Source: Tubulanus polymorphus | Taxonomy: Eukaryota > Animalia > Nemertea | NCBI RefSeq assembly: GCF_964204645.1 | Contig: NC_134033.1 | Span: forward strand, 1,322,131-1,386,130 | Direction: 5' to 3' | DNA: 64,000 nucleotides | Part shown: in pieces, positions 40,317 to 51,106 of the stretch | Numbering within the stretch: the first letter of the stretch is position 1 | Layout of the letters: each line of letters begins with the position of its first letter | The notes under the pieces: model-generated | What the model was told of the DNA's origin: nothing | What the model saw: only the letters and a program-made list of their open reading frames with translations | Database searches by the model: none | Position numbers and translations under genes: made by a program

Positions 40317-43300
40317 TAGAATACAACTATTACTTTTATCGATTATTCGGCTAGCCGCGTGCAGAAAAATGGCGACGCGGTCGTCTCCGGCGCGGTCTCT
40401 GCGCAATACGAGCTATCCCACTCTCTATCACTAAACGAGAGTAATTGGACGGCGCGTTTTTAGATTGACAATCGGATATTATTACACAAACACTTTCACC
40501 CTGTTCATACTTCCACGAGAAGAAAGATGTCTATGCCTCCATAAATTTCCCTATGACTTCATCGTCACTTTGTGTACTAGAATCTCTTCTTAGATGCTTC
40601 TAGAAAAGATATAGCTGTCTCCGTAAATACCCTTATGAAGTCATTAAATTGTTTACTAGTATTGGATGATGGTATAGGGGTATTTGATATTGCGACCTTT
40701 TACCCTGCTAGGACTTACAAGCCTGAGACCGACTTGAGAATTCCATCCGGTCCGTCTCAAACCTCCTCAAAAACCAGACGTAATTTTTCATTTATGTTAT
40801 TGGCGTCACTTATTGCTATATTCTCTCGTCCGAGAAGTCATGACCGGAAATCAATGAATAACCGTCGCCTAATGGCCGAATTCGGTATCGCCGGCACGTA
40901 CAGCGTCACTTCCGGTTGACGCTAGAACACGGACACGGTCTACGGTCATATCCGGAGCGTTGTCGCTAGTTGAGACAGAAAGTCTGCAAATGTGAAACCG
41001 ATAGCTGCAGACGTGTTTGTTTTAGCAAAATGGCGTCGGATCGAATTGTTGCGCCTTGATGGTCGATTAACCTCGCTTGCCACAAGTCGAATCCTCTCTT
41101 GTCGAGGTGGTCGATGTCCTACTGCACACTAGCAACACCTGGTGGATCATCTATTGCCACAACTGGAATCCTGTATTGTCGCAGTAATTGATGTTCTACT
41201 GTAAACTGGCGGCACCAGGTGGATCCTCTTTTGCCACAAGTGGAATCATCAGTTACCGCAGTAATTGATGTCCTTCTGCACACCAGTGACACCTGGCGGA
41301 TACTCACTTGCCACAAGTGGAGTATTTACCTGCCACGACAGTATCAATGCCTGAAGCCCGGTTATCTGCGGCGTTGCTATACAAAAGAGAGATATAGCGT
41401 GAGTTGACCGGTGAACACATTAAGACATATAGAGATCCCATTAGCTGTTACTGAGAGAAAATTAATAGAATTCTCTGCGTCGTGTCGTCGCTATTATCAC
41501 TGCTGTTGTCCTTGACATTAACACTCCCTACAGTCGGTTATACAAAAACATGACCTGACCCTTCCCAATAACTTATAGATATTCGTTTAGCGTCGCGGAC
41601 AATACACACGGACTCAATTAACACCGAAAATATCCACCGGTTAAAATCTAGAACCCCCTCTCTCATCCCCCTGGGGAAACCCTTCAGAAATGTTATATGA
41701 GTCTAAGTGTAGAACAACCTTACCCCTTCAGACGAAACGATTTAGATAAGTGGCAGTGAAATTACGCGCACTCGCTGGGGCTCGAACCAAGCTGGCGAGC
41801 TAACTAGTAGACTAATTAGTCACCTTGGCCAGCTTGTTCCTTATGCGTAACACAAACATCTACAAAAACACAAACAGCAGGTATTAGAAATCATAGCGTG
41901 TTATATTCACATTTTTCGAATTAATCGTCATGAAATTAAGGACGATATGGTCTACTCCAAGAAACTTGAACTTAAACTCAAAACTGATCAATCTGTGGTA
42001 TGGAACCGCCGCCGCCGCCGCTGCCGGTGCTGCCTGATATGATCAACCACTTAAAGCATTCCTTCCAAACTAACAAACGTGTTTTAGATGAAGGTTTTTA
42101 CGAAGCTCTTCATAAGAGATATTCCTAGATCAGTAAATCATGTATATGAAAAATCTACGTTCAAAAAGAAGAAAAATGGTTTTTCTTTTCATCGAGCGTC
42201 ACACTCCTTAAAACTGGGAGGTTGGGCGTTTACAGTTTTGACTGATACCCCGCGGATAGAACTTCTAAATTATCGAATCAAGTTTCCGAATCGCCCACGT
42301 GTCTTTCCTGCGTTCAATTACGTAATTAGAATCGTTAATTTACTTCAAACTGCCCGTTTTTCGAACTTCGAATCGATTCAAACGCCTCGGAGATGCGGTC
42401 TAGTTTAACATCTGGCACCGTGCCAGGATAACGGCTTAGATTCTGTAGCGCGATCACTGGTGCCAAATTTGATTTGTGGTGCGTTTCGTAATAAATGAAA
42501 TAGCGCGATACGTCCTGAATTGCAACTAGCGAGCTGAAAATTCACTTTTGCTGCATTTGAAATTGCGAAACTCAGCTCATCCCGGAGACATCCAAAAATA
42601 TCGACTAGTCGCAGCCACGACCAGATACTAAATAATTACCACTCCATAAAATATAAACAACCAGCAATTTACCTACTGAGTCCTCACAGGCATCAGGTTA
42701 TTATAGAACCAAAATGAGCTGAGACTGGTCTTAAGTTGTTAAATTGACTATAGAACCAAAATGAGCTTAGACTGGTCTTAAGTTGTTAGATTGGTTATAG
42801 AACTAAGATGAGCTTAGACTGGTCTTAAGTTGTTAGATTGGTTATAAAACCAAAATGAGCTTAGACTGGTCTTCAGTTATTCGATTGGTTATAGAACTAA
42901 TATGAGCTTAGACTGATCTTAAGTTGTTAGATCGGTTATAGAACCAAAATGAGTTTAGACTGGTCTTGTTAGATTGGCTATAGAACTAAGGTCTTACACT
43001 TTCTATAAGGTTCTTCCCGTAAGCAAAAGATCGACGTGTACTACTCGACTTCTATTTGAAAATTATGCTTCGATTTAATTGATGATGGAATAAATTACTA
43101 GTACCATTATTAACTTGTGTTGCCGGGTAGCCGCGTCGTCAATTCGAAGTCGATTTCTCTTGTTTGGTAGTAATTTCGTCTGTTTCTGGATAATGACTGA
43201 AAATTACGGCAGTAGTTTTCGCCCACTCGTTACATGAGAGTTGAAAGCAGAAAATTCGCCCAGGTACGAATTTATAATTGATTTCAAACAATCCCCCGCT

Positions 43301-43494
43301 ACAAAATCGATTCGCCTGAAAGCAGATCTGCATGTAGTTTCATTGAGTCTCGTGGTGAAAACGTAAAGCCTAAGTTAAGACCGAAGAAGCTTTAGAGAAT
43401 TTCATAGTATAGTAACGGTGGTATAGATCTATTAAGATTGGTTCAGTTTCTGAGCATAGAATTACTAGGGCAAGATTACTTTGGCTTAGATCTA

Positions 43495-43988
43495 AGACTG
43501 GTCGTGTAAGAGTTAAAACTGGTCTTAGGTTGTTAGATTGGTTATATAACCAAATGAGCTGAGACTGGTCTTAAGTTGTTAGATTGGTTATATAACCAAA
43601 TGAGCTGAGACTGGTCTTAAGTTGTTAGATTGGTTATAGAACTAAAATGAGCTTAGGCTGGTCTTAAGTTGTTAGATTGGTTATAGAACCAAAATGAGCT
43701 TAGACTGGTCTTAAGTTGTTTGATTGGTTATAGAACCAAAATGAGCTTAGACTGGTCTTAAGTTGTTAGATTGGTAATAGAACTAAAATGAGTTTAGACT
43801 GGTCTTAAGTTGTTAGATTGGTTATAGAACTAAAATGAGCTTAGACTGATCTTAAGTTGTTAGATTGGTAATAGAACTAAATGAGTTTAGACAGGTCTTA
43901 AGTTGTTAGATTGGTTATAGAACCAAAATGAGCTTAAACTGGTCTTAAGTTGTTATATTGGTTATAGAACCAAAATGAGTTTAGACTG
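43495..43988. repeat. 47-bp minisatellite x ~10; sister arrays at 42706-42990 and 28395-28555
   Basis: gagcttagactggtcttaagttgttagattggttatagaaccaaaat. Confidence 0.95.
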
Positions 43989-44660
43989 AGCGTGAACCCT
44001 GACAATGGAACCGGCCTCATAATTTACTATACGGTTTAATATGACGAGAACTGGCAGCTGCCACGGTCATGAAACTAGATGTATTTATATTTATTATGTA
44101 TTTTATTGATATTTTCTCGTGTATTGAATTAAACCCCGCACGTGTTGATAGTAATTCGATTCTCGTCGGATCCAAATATCGCGAAAACACGACGAGGCAT
44201 CAAAAACATGAACGAAACGCGCGCTTGACATTTTCACATAATTCATCAATTTTATCGGGGAATTTGTGTTTGTTGTTGGGTCGGTCGATCGGTCGATATT
44301 TATTTTGGGGAAAGTGGAATCATTTTTCGAAGGCCTTTGGGTCGATATAAAAATCGAAACTTTTTAAAACCCACTTCAAGCAGTTTGATAGCTGTCAATC
44401 TTTTCGGTTCGATATGTCGTTTAGTTTCGATATATCGTTTAGTTTCCTGGCCAGTAGGTGGCGCTCGATGATATTGCAGCGCTCCCTATCGGTACTGATA
44501 CTAACTACTCTTTGCTATGCACGTGTATCTGGGTATAGAGACACAAGCGCCCCTAGTGGCACATACACTAACTGTGCTATGATTTATTGCAACAAATTTA
44601 TTTCATTTATCTATTGAGTGCCCAGATTCTAACTTATTTATGATTTATAACAGTATTAAT

Positions 44661-44964
44661 GAGTGCCCCCTAGTGGTGCTGATACTAACTAAGCTATTTT
44701 TCATATATTCCAAGGTTTATGAGTGTCCCCTAGTGGTGCAGATACTAACTGAGCTATTTTTCATATATTCCAGGGTTTATGAGTGCCCCCTAGTGGTGCA
44801 GATACTAACTAAGCTATTTTTCATATGTTACAGGGTTAATGAGTGCCCCCTAGTGGTGCAGATACACACTGAGCTATTTTTCATATATTCCAGGGTTTAT
44901 GAGTGCCCCCTAGTGGTGCTGATACTAACTTAGCTATTTTTCATATATTCCAGGGTTTATGAGT
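44661..44964 (+). repeat. 60-bp tandem repeat x5 comprising the neuroligin exon acceptor (branch point, CAG, first 11 exon nt)
   Basis: gagtgccccctagtggtgc(a/t)gaTACTAACt.agctatttttcatatattcCAGggtttat. The last unit runs directly into the exon at 44954. Confidence 0.93.
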
Positions 44965-45139
44965 ACTGTTGATGCTAACGCTGTTGGTAACTACGCTTTA
45001 CTGGATCTGGTGGCGGCGCTTTCGTGGATCAAAGCCAACATCGGTGCATTCGACGGTGACCCTGACCGAGTTACAGCTATGGGTCAAGGTTACGGAGCTG
45101 CACTGGTTGAACTATTGTTGGTGTCTCCAGTAATTCGTG
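44954..45139 (+). CDS. NLGN: Neuroligin coding exon (nucleophile-elbow region, GQGYG instead of GxSxG)
   Basis: Acceptor attccag|GG, donor G|gtaatt. Encodes (G)FMSTVDANAVGNYALLDLVAALSWIKANIGAFDGDPDRVTAMGQGYGAALVELLLVSPVIR. The catalytic Ser is absent, as in neuroligins. Confidence 0.95.
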
Positions 45140-45673
45140 GTAATTAGAAAATGCTATCTTTCTATTTCCTGCATCCTAAAAACGAAAGCAATAGATGAGT
45201 AGGATCCTCAGATTCCCTGGATTCAATAGGCTTTCAAATACTCTACATGTTAAAAGAGTGCGGATTCGGGCAAATGTTCAGAAGATTCTTGAATTGGGCC
45301 CAGATCTGTGGAACTGGGTCCTGGACATGGGATAACTTGCTTCAGGGCGATATAACCGTGGAACAGGTTACTATGGAGACTCAATCATCAGAAATTAGGC
45401 AAATCAATAGATCTCTTGATAAACTCAGATGAAGTTCATCATATATAGGGTGAATTTTACTAATCACCATTCAAAGAATATGATAAATTATGGATAGATT
45501 TTTATTTGAATCTGAGAACAAATCCGGGAGTTGTTATCTGAATGCACTCTAACGAACGATCCTCGCTTGCCACAAGTGGGGTCCTCGATTGCCACAGTCT
45601 GTGATTAACTTTCATTAACTTTCTGGTGTCTTAAGTTTCGCTGAATTTTACTCGAGTTTTCTAATTATTTCAG

Positions 45674-46472
45674 GTGGAAATCTTTTGCGTCGCGGAATAT
45701 CAATGAGTGGTTCGGCTTTATCGACGTGGGCGGTCACCGAACGTCCTCGATTCTACGCCAGGAAACTGGCGCACAAAGTCAACTGTAGTCAGTACATCGA
45801 CATCTCGGAAAGTCTCGTCAAGTGTTTCAAATCTCGCCGCGCCGAGACGTTAGTCAACGCCGACATCGAAGCGCCGAAATATTACGAGGCTTTCGGTCCG
45901 GTGATCTATCATCGAAGCGTCCTACAGAAAAACGTTAAAATATTACTGGAACGCGCGGAGAAGGCGGGACGGGATTCGGAATTACTGACGGGAGTCATGA
46001 AAAACGAGGGCTATTTCTACCTGAGCGATCGGGATATAGAACAGGGTGTGACAGTCGACCGTAAAAACCGGATCGTACGGACTTTCGTGCGGAACTGCTA
46101 TAAATTCCATCGGCAGAAAATCTTCGACATCCTATCACATCACTACGCGGATTGGGACCGCGAACAGGACAACGATACGACGCGGAACTCGGTGATGGAA
46201 CTACTCGGCGACGCGGAGTATGTAGCGCCGAGTATCGACTTCGCGCGTCGTCACGCACGCGTCGGCGCCACGTATTACTACGCGTTCACGTATCCGTCTC
46301 GCGTGGGCGTGTATCCGCGCTGGGCCGGCGGGATACACGGCGAGGATCTGATGTACGCGTTAGGAGCGCCCCTAGCGGACGGTATCGATCCGTTCCCGTC
46401 GACTTTCACGAGGTCCGAACGAATGTTGTCCGAGGCGGTGATGACCTATTGGACTAATTTCGCTAAAACGGG
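45674..46472 (+). CDS. NLGN: Neuroligin large central coding exon
   Basis: Acceptor tttcag|GT, donor GG|gtcagt. Encodes GNLLRRGISMSGSALSTWAV...HGEDLMYALGAP...LSEAVMTYWTNFAKTG, the diagnostic neuroligin 'LS..VMTYWTNFAKTG' motif. Confidence 0.96.
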
Positions 46473-47030
46473 GTCAGTTTTTAACACGAAGATTTAAACT
46501 CACAGCGGCTGCGGTTGCTCTGGTTAAAGATATCCGGCGGATTGCAACTATCCACCTGTTCACTTTTGAGCAAGATGTCTTCGTATCTGTTGTATTTTGT
46601 CGATACATGGCCGATCAAAACGTTCCACAGTTTTACGATAACTTAAATTAGTTCATTTTCAATGAGTCAAACTCAACAACTGTGGAACTGAATCCAGGGC
46701 CCGGTTGTAAGCCATCGCTTAATTTTGAGATCAGTCTATACGACAAAAACTTAGTTCTATAGCCAAGCTTATAACTTAAGACAAGCCTTGATATTTAAGA
46801 CAACTTTTGGACTGATGTCACGTCTGCCCTGAATTTGAACGATTAGAAATGAAATATATTTATGACGAATTCGAATGAAGACTAAAAGGAAACGACACTT
46901 TTTCGGCTCATTTCTAGAGATTATCGTCAGGTTTGGCGAAATAGCGCATAAAAGGCCTAATCTTATTACTGCTACTGGTCTAGAGGAAATGTAGCCATTA
47001 TTTCAGCTCAATTGTTTTTTTTCCGTGTAG

Positions 47031-47149
47031 GGACCCGAACAAGCCGGAAGAACAGAAATCTGAACACGGAGGAAGCAGGGCTCCGAATAGATTCGTCGAT
47101 TTGACCTGGCCGGCATTTTTACCTCAAGATCGCTGGTTTTTACATATAG
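47031..47149 (+). CDS. NLGN: Neuroligin short coding exon (not in ORF track)
   Basis: Acceptor ttccgtgtag|G, donor G|gtaagt. Encodes DPNKPEEQKSEHGGSRAPNRFVDLTWPAFLPQDRWFLHI, matching neuroligin 'GDPN.P...PNRF..V.W..Y...D..YLHIG'. Phases match both neighbours. Confidence 0.94.
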
Positions 47150-47173
47150 GTAAGTGTGTAAACAGCAGCTGCT

Positions 47174-47210
<37 letters not shown>

Positions 47211-50200
47211 TCAGGATGTCCCTCGAGAAGAGGGATAGAAACCTATAAATCAAAACATTTATAGGTTTCAAGAACCTTACAGCAAAAGGTAAAGTTCGTA
47301 AACAGCTCTGGGGAATACAGAACCGATTCAAGTAAAATCCTTGGTTTTCAAAAACCAAAGCAGTTCTTGGTTCCTTTAAGAGAAACAGAGACAAGTAAAG
47401 GTGTTACGATTTATATGAAATATAGTTTAACTAATTAAAATAATAATCAAAATCACCACAAGTTTGAATTACTTATGATTTAGTTTTCATCGATGCCGAT
47501 TAAGGGTGGCTCCAAAACTTTTTGGTTATTCAGCGTCATGATTGGGTAGCTCCGCGTGAACTGTCGGCTCACATTGCCGTTCGTGGAAATTTCTACATTT
47601 TTTTCTGTCTAATTTTTACGAACTTTTGCGTCTGTCAAAGATCGGTCATGTCAAATAGCGAATAAAAGATAACCACATTTCAGGCGAATCCCGACGGGAC
47701 TATTTCTGATCGCGCCGAGACCGAAATCACTACGCGCCGGACCGTATTACTCGTATCCGGTTTTCGAGCGTTGATCTGTCCCCAGGGGGCGCTCGAGTCA
47801 CGATCTGACGTGCTCAATCTTTGAATACGTCCGTCTGGCAATATCTATCGTCTGTCGGTAACGACAGCGATATCCGGGTGAGAAAAAAATACCACAGCCG
47901 CCACCAGGCGTTAAATTAATCATAACACCTTTACTCCTCGCTTGCCGCAGGTGAATACATATCGGACGATGGAAGATTCATGAATGGAGCTGTCCTTACC
48001 GTGGGGTGGTAGACCTGATAACGACTACTATTTCTAGTTTCTGATCAACCTCTCCCATAAAAATATCGAGCTTCAAATATCTACCACTTATCACGTGTAC
48101 TTTACGAACGAATTCCTTGAAGCGTCTTTTGATATCTATGATCTGCATTTTGTCGATTTTTTGAATTGATAGAAATAGATTAAATTCTTATTTATGAAGT
48201 CATTTTCTCGAAATAGAAACGAATCTTGTATAGACGGCATTTTTTTGTAAAATATTTTTTCGATCGTTTCCGTATAAAAGCATGGATTTTATTGCGCAAT
48301 TTGAAAATGTACCGTTTAGTGAAAGAGAATCTGTCAAAGCGTTCGCGAATGTTTCATGTATATGCGTAGATTTTCAATCGTTTCCGTTGTGACATGGCGA
48401 CCTCTATAGAACCCCCTATGACGTCATCATATTTCGAATCGTTGTAAATCTACCCGTAATGCGGTCAAAAATATGGACTAAAATCCGTGGATGAATTGAA
48501 TTCAAAATCCGTTTGAATCACCTGACGGTATATCAGTCAGTTTTCAGTCACGTTTAAACTCAAAGATGATGTCATAGGTGGATTTACGGAGGCAGCCATA
48601 TTTTCTCAAAGGGTCTATATTAGGATGTATAGCGATCATGTATACTGCATGTTCACCTATCTAATGCTGAGCCTCGTGAATCGTAGTTCAAATAAGTCAA
48701 ACGCCTTCCGTGTAGAGAATTTAGACATTTTTGTAGAACGTTTAGAATATTTTTCAACTTTCTGTCTGTAGAAAATCGAGAACATTTCCTGAAAACGTTT
48801 TCTCCGACATTTTGTAGAATATTCAGAATATTTTTTCTTCGACGTTTCTTCTCTGCACGCCTTTACTTTCATTCACAGCAGGTGTCGCCACCGGTCACCG
48901 TCGCACTGATTCTTCAGCTTCTTTAGCTGATTGGTCGATATCGCACCAACGCCATCTATTGGTCGATCACCTGATTGAAATAGAACGCGATCATTGGCAA
49001 ATCACTTAAAAGCACAATTAATGTGTCGTCACAAAACACAAGAAAAAAAATTTGAAAAATCGAAATCAAATTAAACCATATTATTGAAAAAAGCCAGGTT
49101 GGATCGAGAGATTACGTTAACCCTTAAGTTTTGCCCCTTTTATATAAACAAGTCCCCCTGGCGGCCAATTCTAAAAGATCGTTATCAAACATTACCCAAA
49201 GGTTTATGCATCCTTGATATTTAAAGGTCCAAATTCGGCAATTTCTGCTGGGAATGTTTTTCTTTGTCTTTTAATCTTTGCATCTTGCGTAGATTTTAGC
49301 GGCTGCAACTATAATACATATTTGATGAATAATCTGTCGTAACGCAGTGTAGCCTGCAATAAGAGTCACTAGTGCGGCACCGTGTCAAACGACAAACAAA
49401 AATTAAGTCGATTCTGGTTTTTTTAACAAAAATGAAATCAATTCTACGAATATTCATCAAAAAATTAAAACACCCGTTAGCTAAAAATAGATGACTAGGA
49501 TTCTATTTAAAGGGTATCATCGTTTTTTAAAGCTATTTTAATTAGCTTTCGAAAACGATTATACCCTTTAAATGGAAGAATGCTATTTTTGATTTCGCTT
49601 ATTCCCCTTTCACTTTGTATTCAGTTTCACTGGGAGGAATTAAATATCGGTGTAAAACCGAACTCTTTCGTTTGAACGAATTCTATTTTCGAAACTATCC
49701 TATTTGTTGTGCCCGCGGTTGTTAAAGACTTTTACGGCACGAAATTGAATCTGGCTTTCCCGAAAATAGCTAACAGTATTCGCCGAAATTTTGCTTTATA
49801 AGTTATTGTAAAATTTGCCTTGAGTTCAAGCTATATTTATAATACAAGAGCATAATTCGCAGATATTTTTGACTGAACGAATGCAGTTGTGACTCAACCG
49901 CGTCCTGAAATGCATTGTATTTGATACAAAAATACTAAAACCCACTGAATCCAGTTCAGATGTGAGTCTTGAGTTGAAATTAGTTCATCATCAATTACTG
50001 AACTCAAACTCATCGAATTAAACTGTTGAATTAACCTTGAACCGGGAATTCATTGCATCAACTACCAATTATCAAACATTGATAAATCTATAAAACCGGG
50101 CGGGTTGGCGATGGAGGTGCGTCTGTCTGTTTGTCTGTACGATCGAGGCTCAACGCTAGGTGGCAGCAGTGTGCGTTATAAACACGCCCTCTGTCAGAAA

Positions 50201-50246
50201 ACTTTAGATTGAGCTCGCGTTTCTGGAATCTTCTATTTTACAGCAG

Positions 50247-51106
50247 GAATGAGGCCCAGCATCCGGCAGCGGTATCGCGGCGCCAAGATGTCGCTGTGGC
50301 TCGACTTGATCCCGAAGATCCATCGACCCGACGACCTCGACGAGAAATACCACCTCCTCGACCAGCACAACAATCGTTCGTCATACGACGTCAACACTCT
50401 AGACGTGGACGGTCATCTTATATTTCCGCCGATACCGTCGACGACGGCGCCGACCACGACCGAATCGACCACGCAACCGACTACAACCACTCAACTTATA
50501 ACGGAAATACCCCGTTTGACGCTACTTCCGGCGCCGACGAATCCTAGTCAGGGCGGGGAATCGTCTGCGGCGACCGGAAACTCGTTACTCAGCGCAAACT
50601 CGTCGTTAAGTATAACCCTAGCGGTCGGCTGTTCGTTACTGTGTTTAAATATTCTCGTGTTCGCCGGGGTTTACTACCAGCGCGACAAAATGCGCGGCGG
50701 AAGCGGAAATAAACACGAACAGGAGCGCGAATATCTGAATAAACCATCGCCGCAAGGTGGCGCCACTGAGAACCACGTGGCGGCGGCGGCCGATCATCGT
50801 AAAATGAACAGTCATCATCACCATCACGTGCTGCCACCTGGCAGCGACTCGGAGATGTCGACGCTGCAACGCGCGGGTACCGGAAGTAATTCGAACACGG
50901 TGTTAAAACTACCGGCGTCGGTGCGGACTAATTCTACGTGCTCCTCGCCGCGTAATGTTAACGGTAATTCGCCGACGTCGCGCAGTCCGTACAGTAATAG
51001 TCCGCCTGCGTACGCAACCATGAACCGCTCATACCAAAAATCGCACTCGAAAGACGGTCCGCATTGCGGTAACCAGGACGGTCAGAATCCGGTCACTATC
51101 GTGTAA
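50247..51106 (+). CDS. NLGN: Neuroligin terminal coding exon: end of esterase domain, Thr/Pro-rich stalk, TM helix, cytoplasmic tail with PDZ-binding end (-VTIV*)
   Basis: Acceptor tttacagcag|GA. Encodes MRPSIRQRYRGAKMSLWLDLIPKIH, the stalk PSTTAPTTTESTTQPTTTT and the TM SLSITLAVGCSLLCLNILVFAGVYYQRDK; stop TAA at 51104-51106. The five exons total 2135 nt, about 710 aa in frame. Confidence 0.95.

Noticed and set aside
44640-44933. 97-aa ORF with YECPLVV repeats; similar repeat-derived ORFs at 26703-27023 and 32929-33607
   Set aside because: These are translations of tandem repeats in frames unrelated to the neuroligin CDS.
45140-45147. Splice-site-B-like extension of the neuroligin exon
   Set aside because: Read-through of the donor gives G-N-stop (ggt aat tag), so no in-frame insert is possible from a downstream donor.
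45995-46457. Overlapping alternative-frame or antisense ORFs within the neuroligin and NLR exons
   Set aside because: Shadow ORFs expected from GC-rich codon usage; no independent evidence.
44954-46472. Acetylcholinesterase or active carboxylesterase
   Set aside because: The nucleophile motif is GQGYG (no Ser), and the protein has a neuroligin-type TM segment and PDZ tail.
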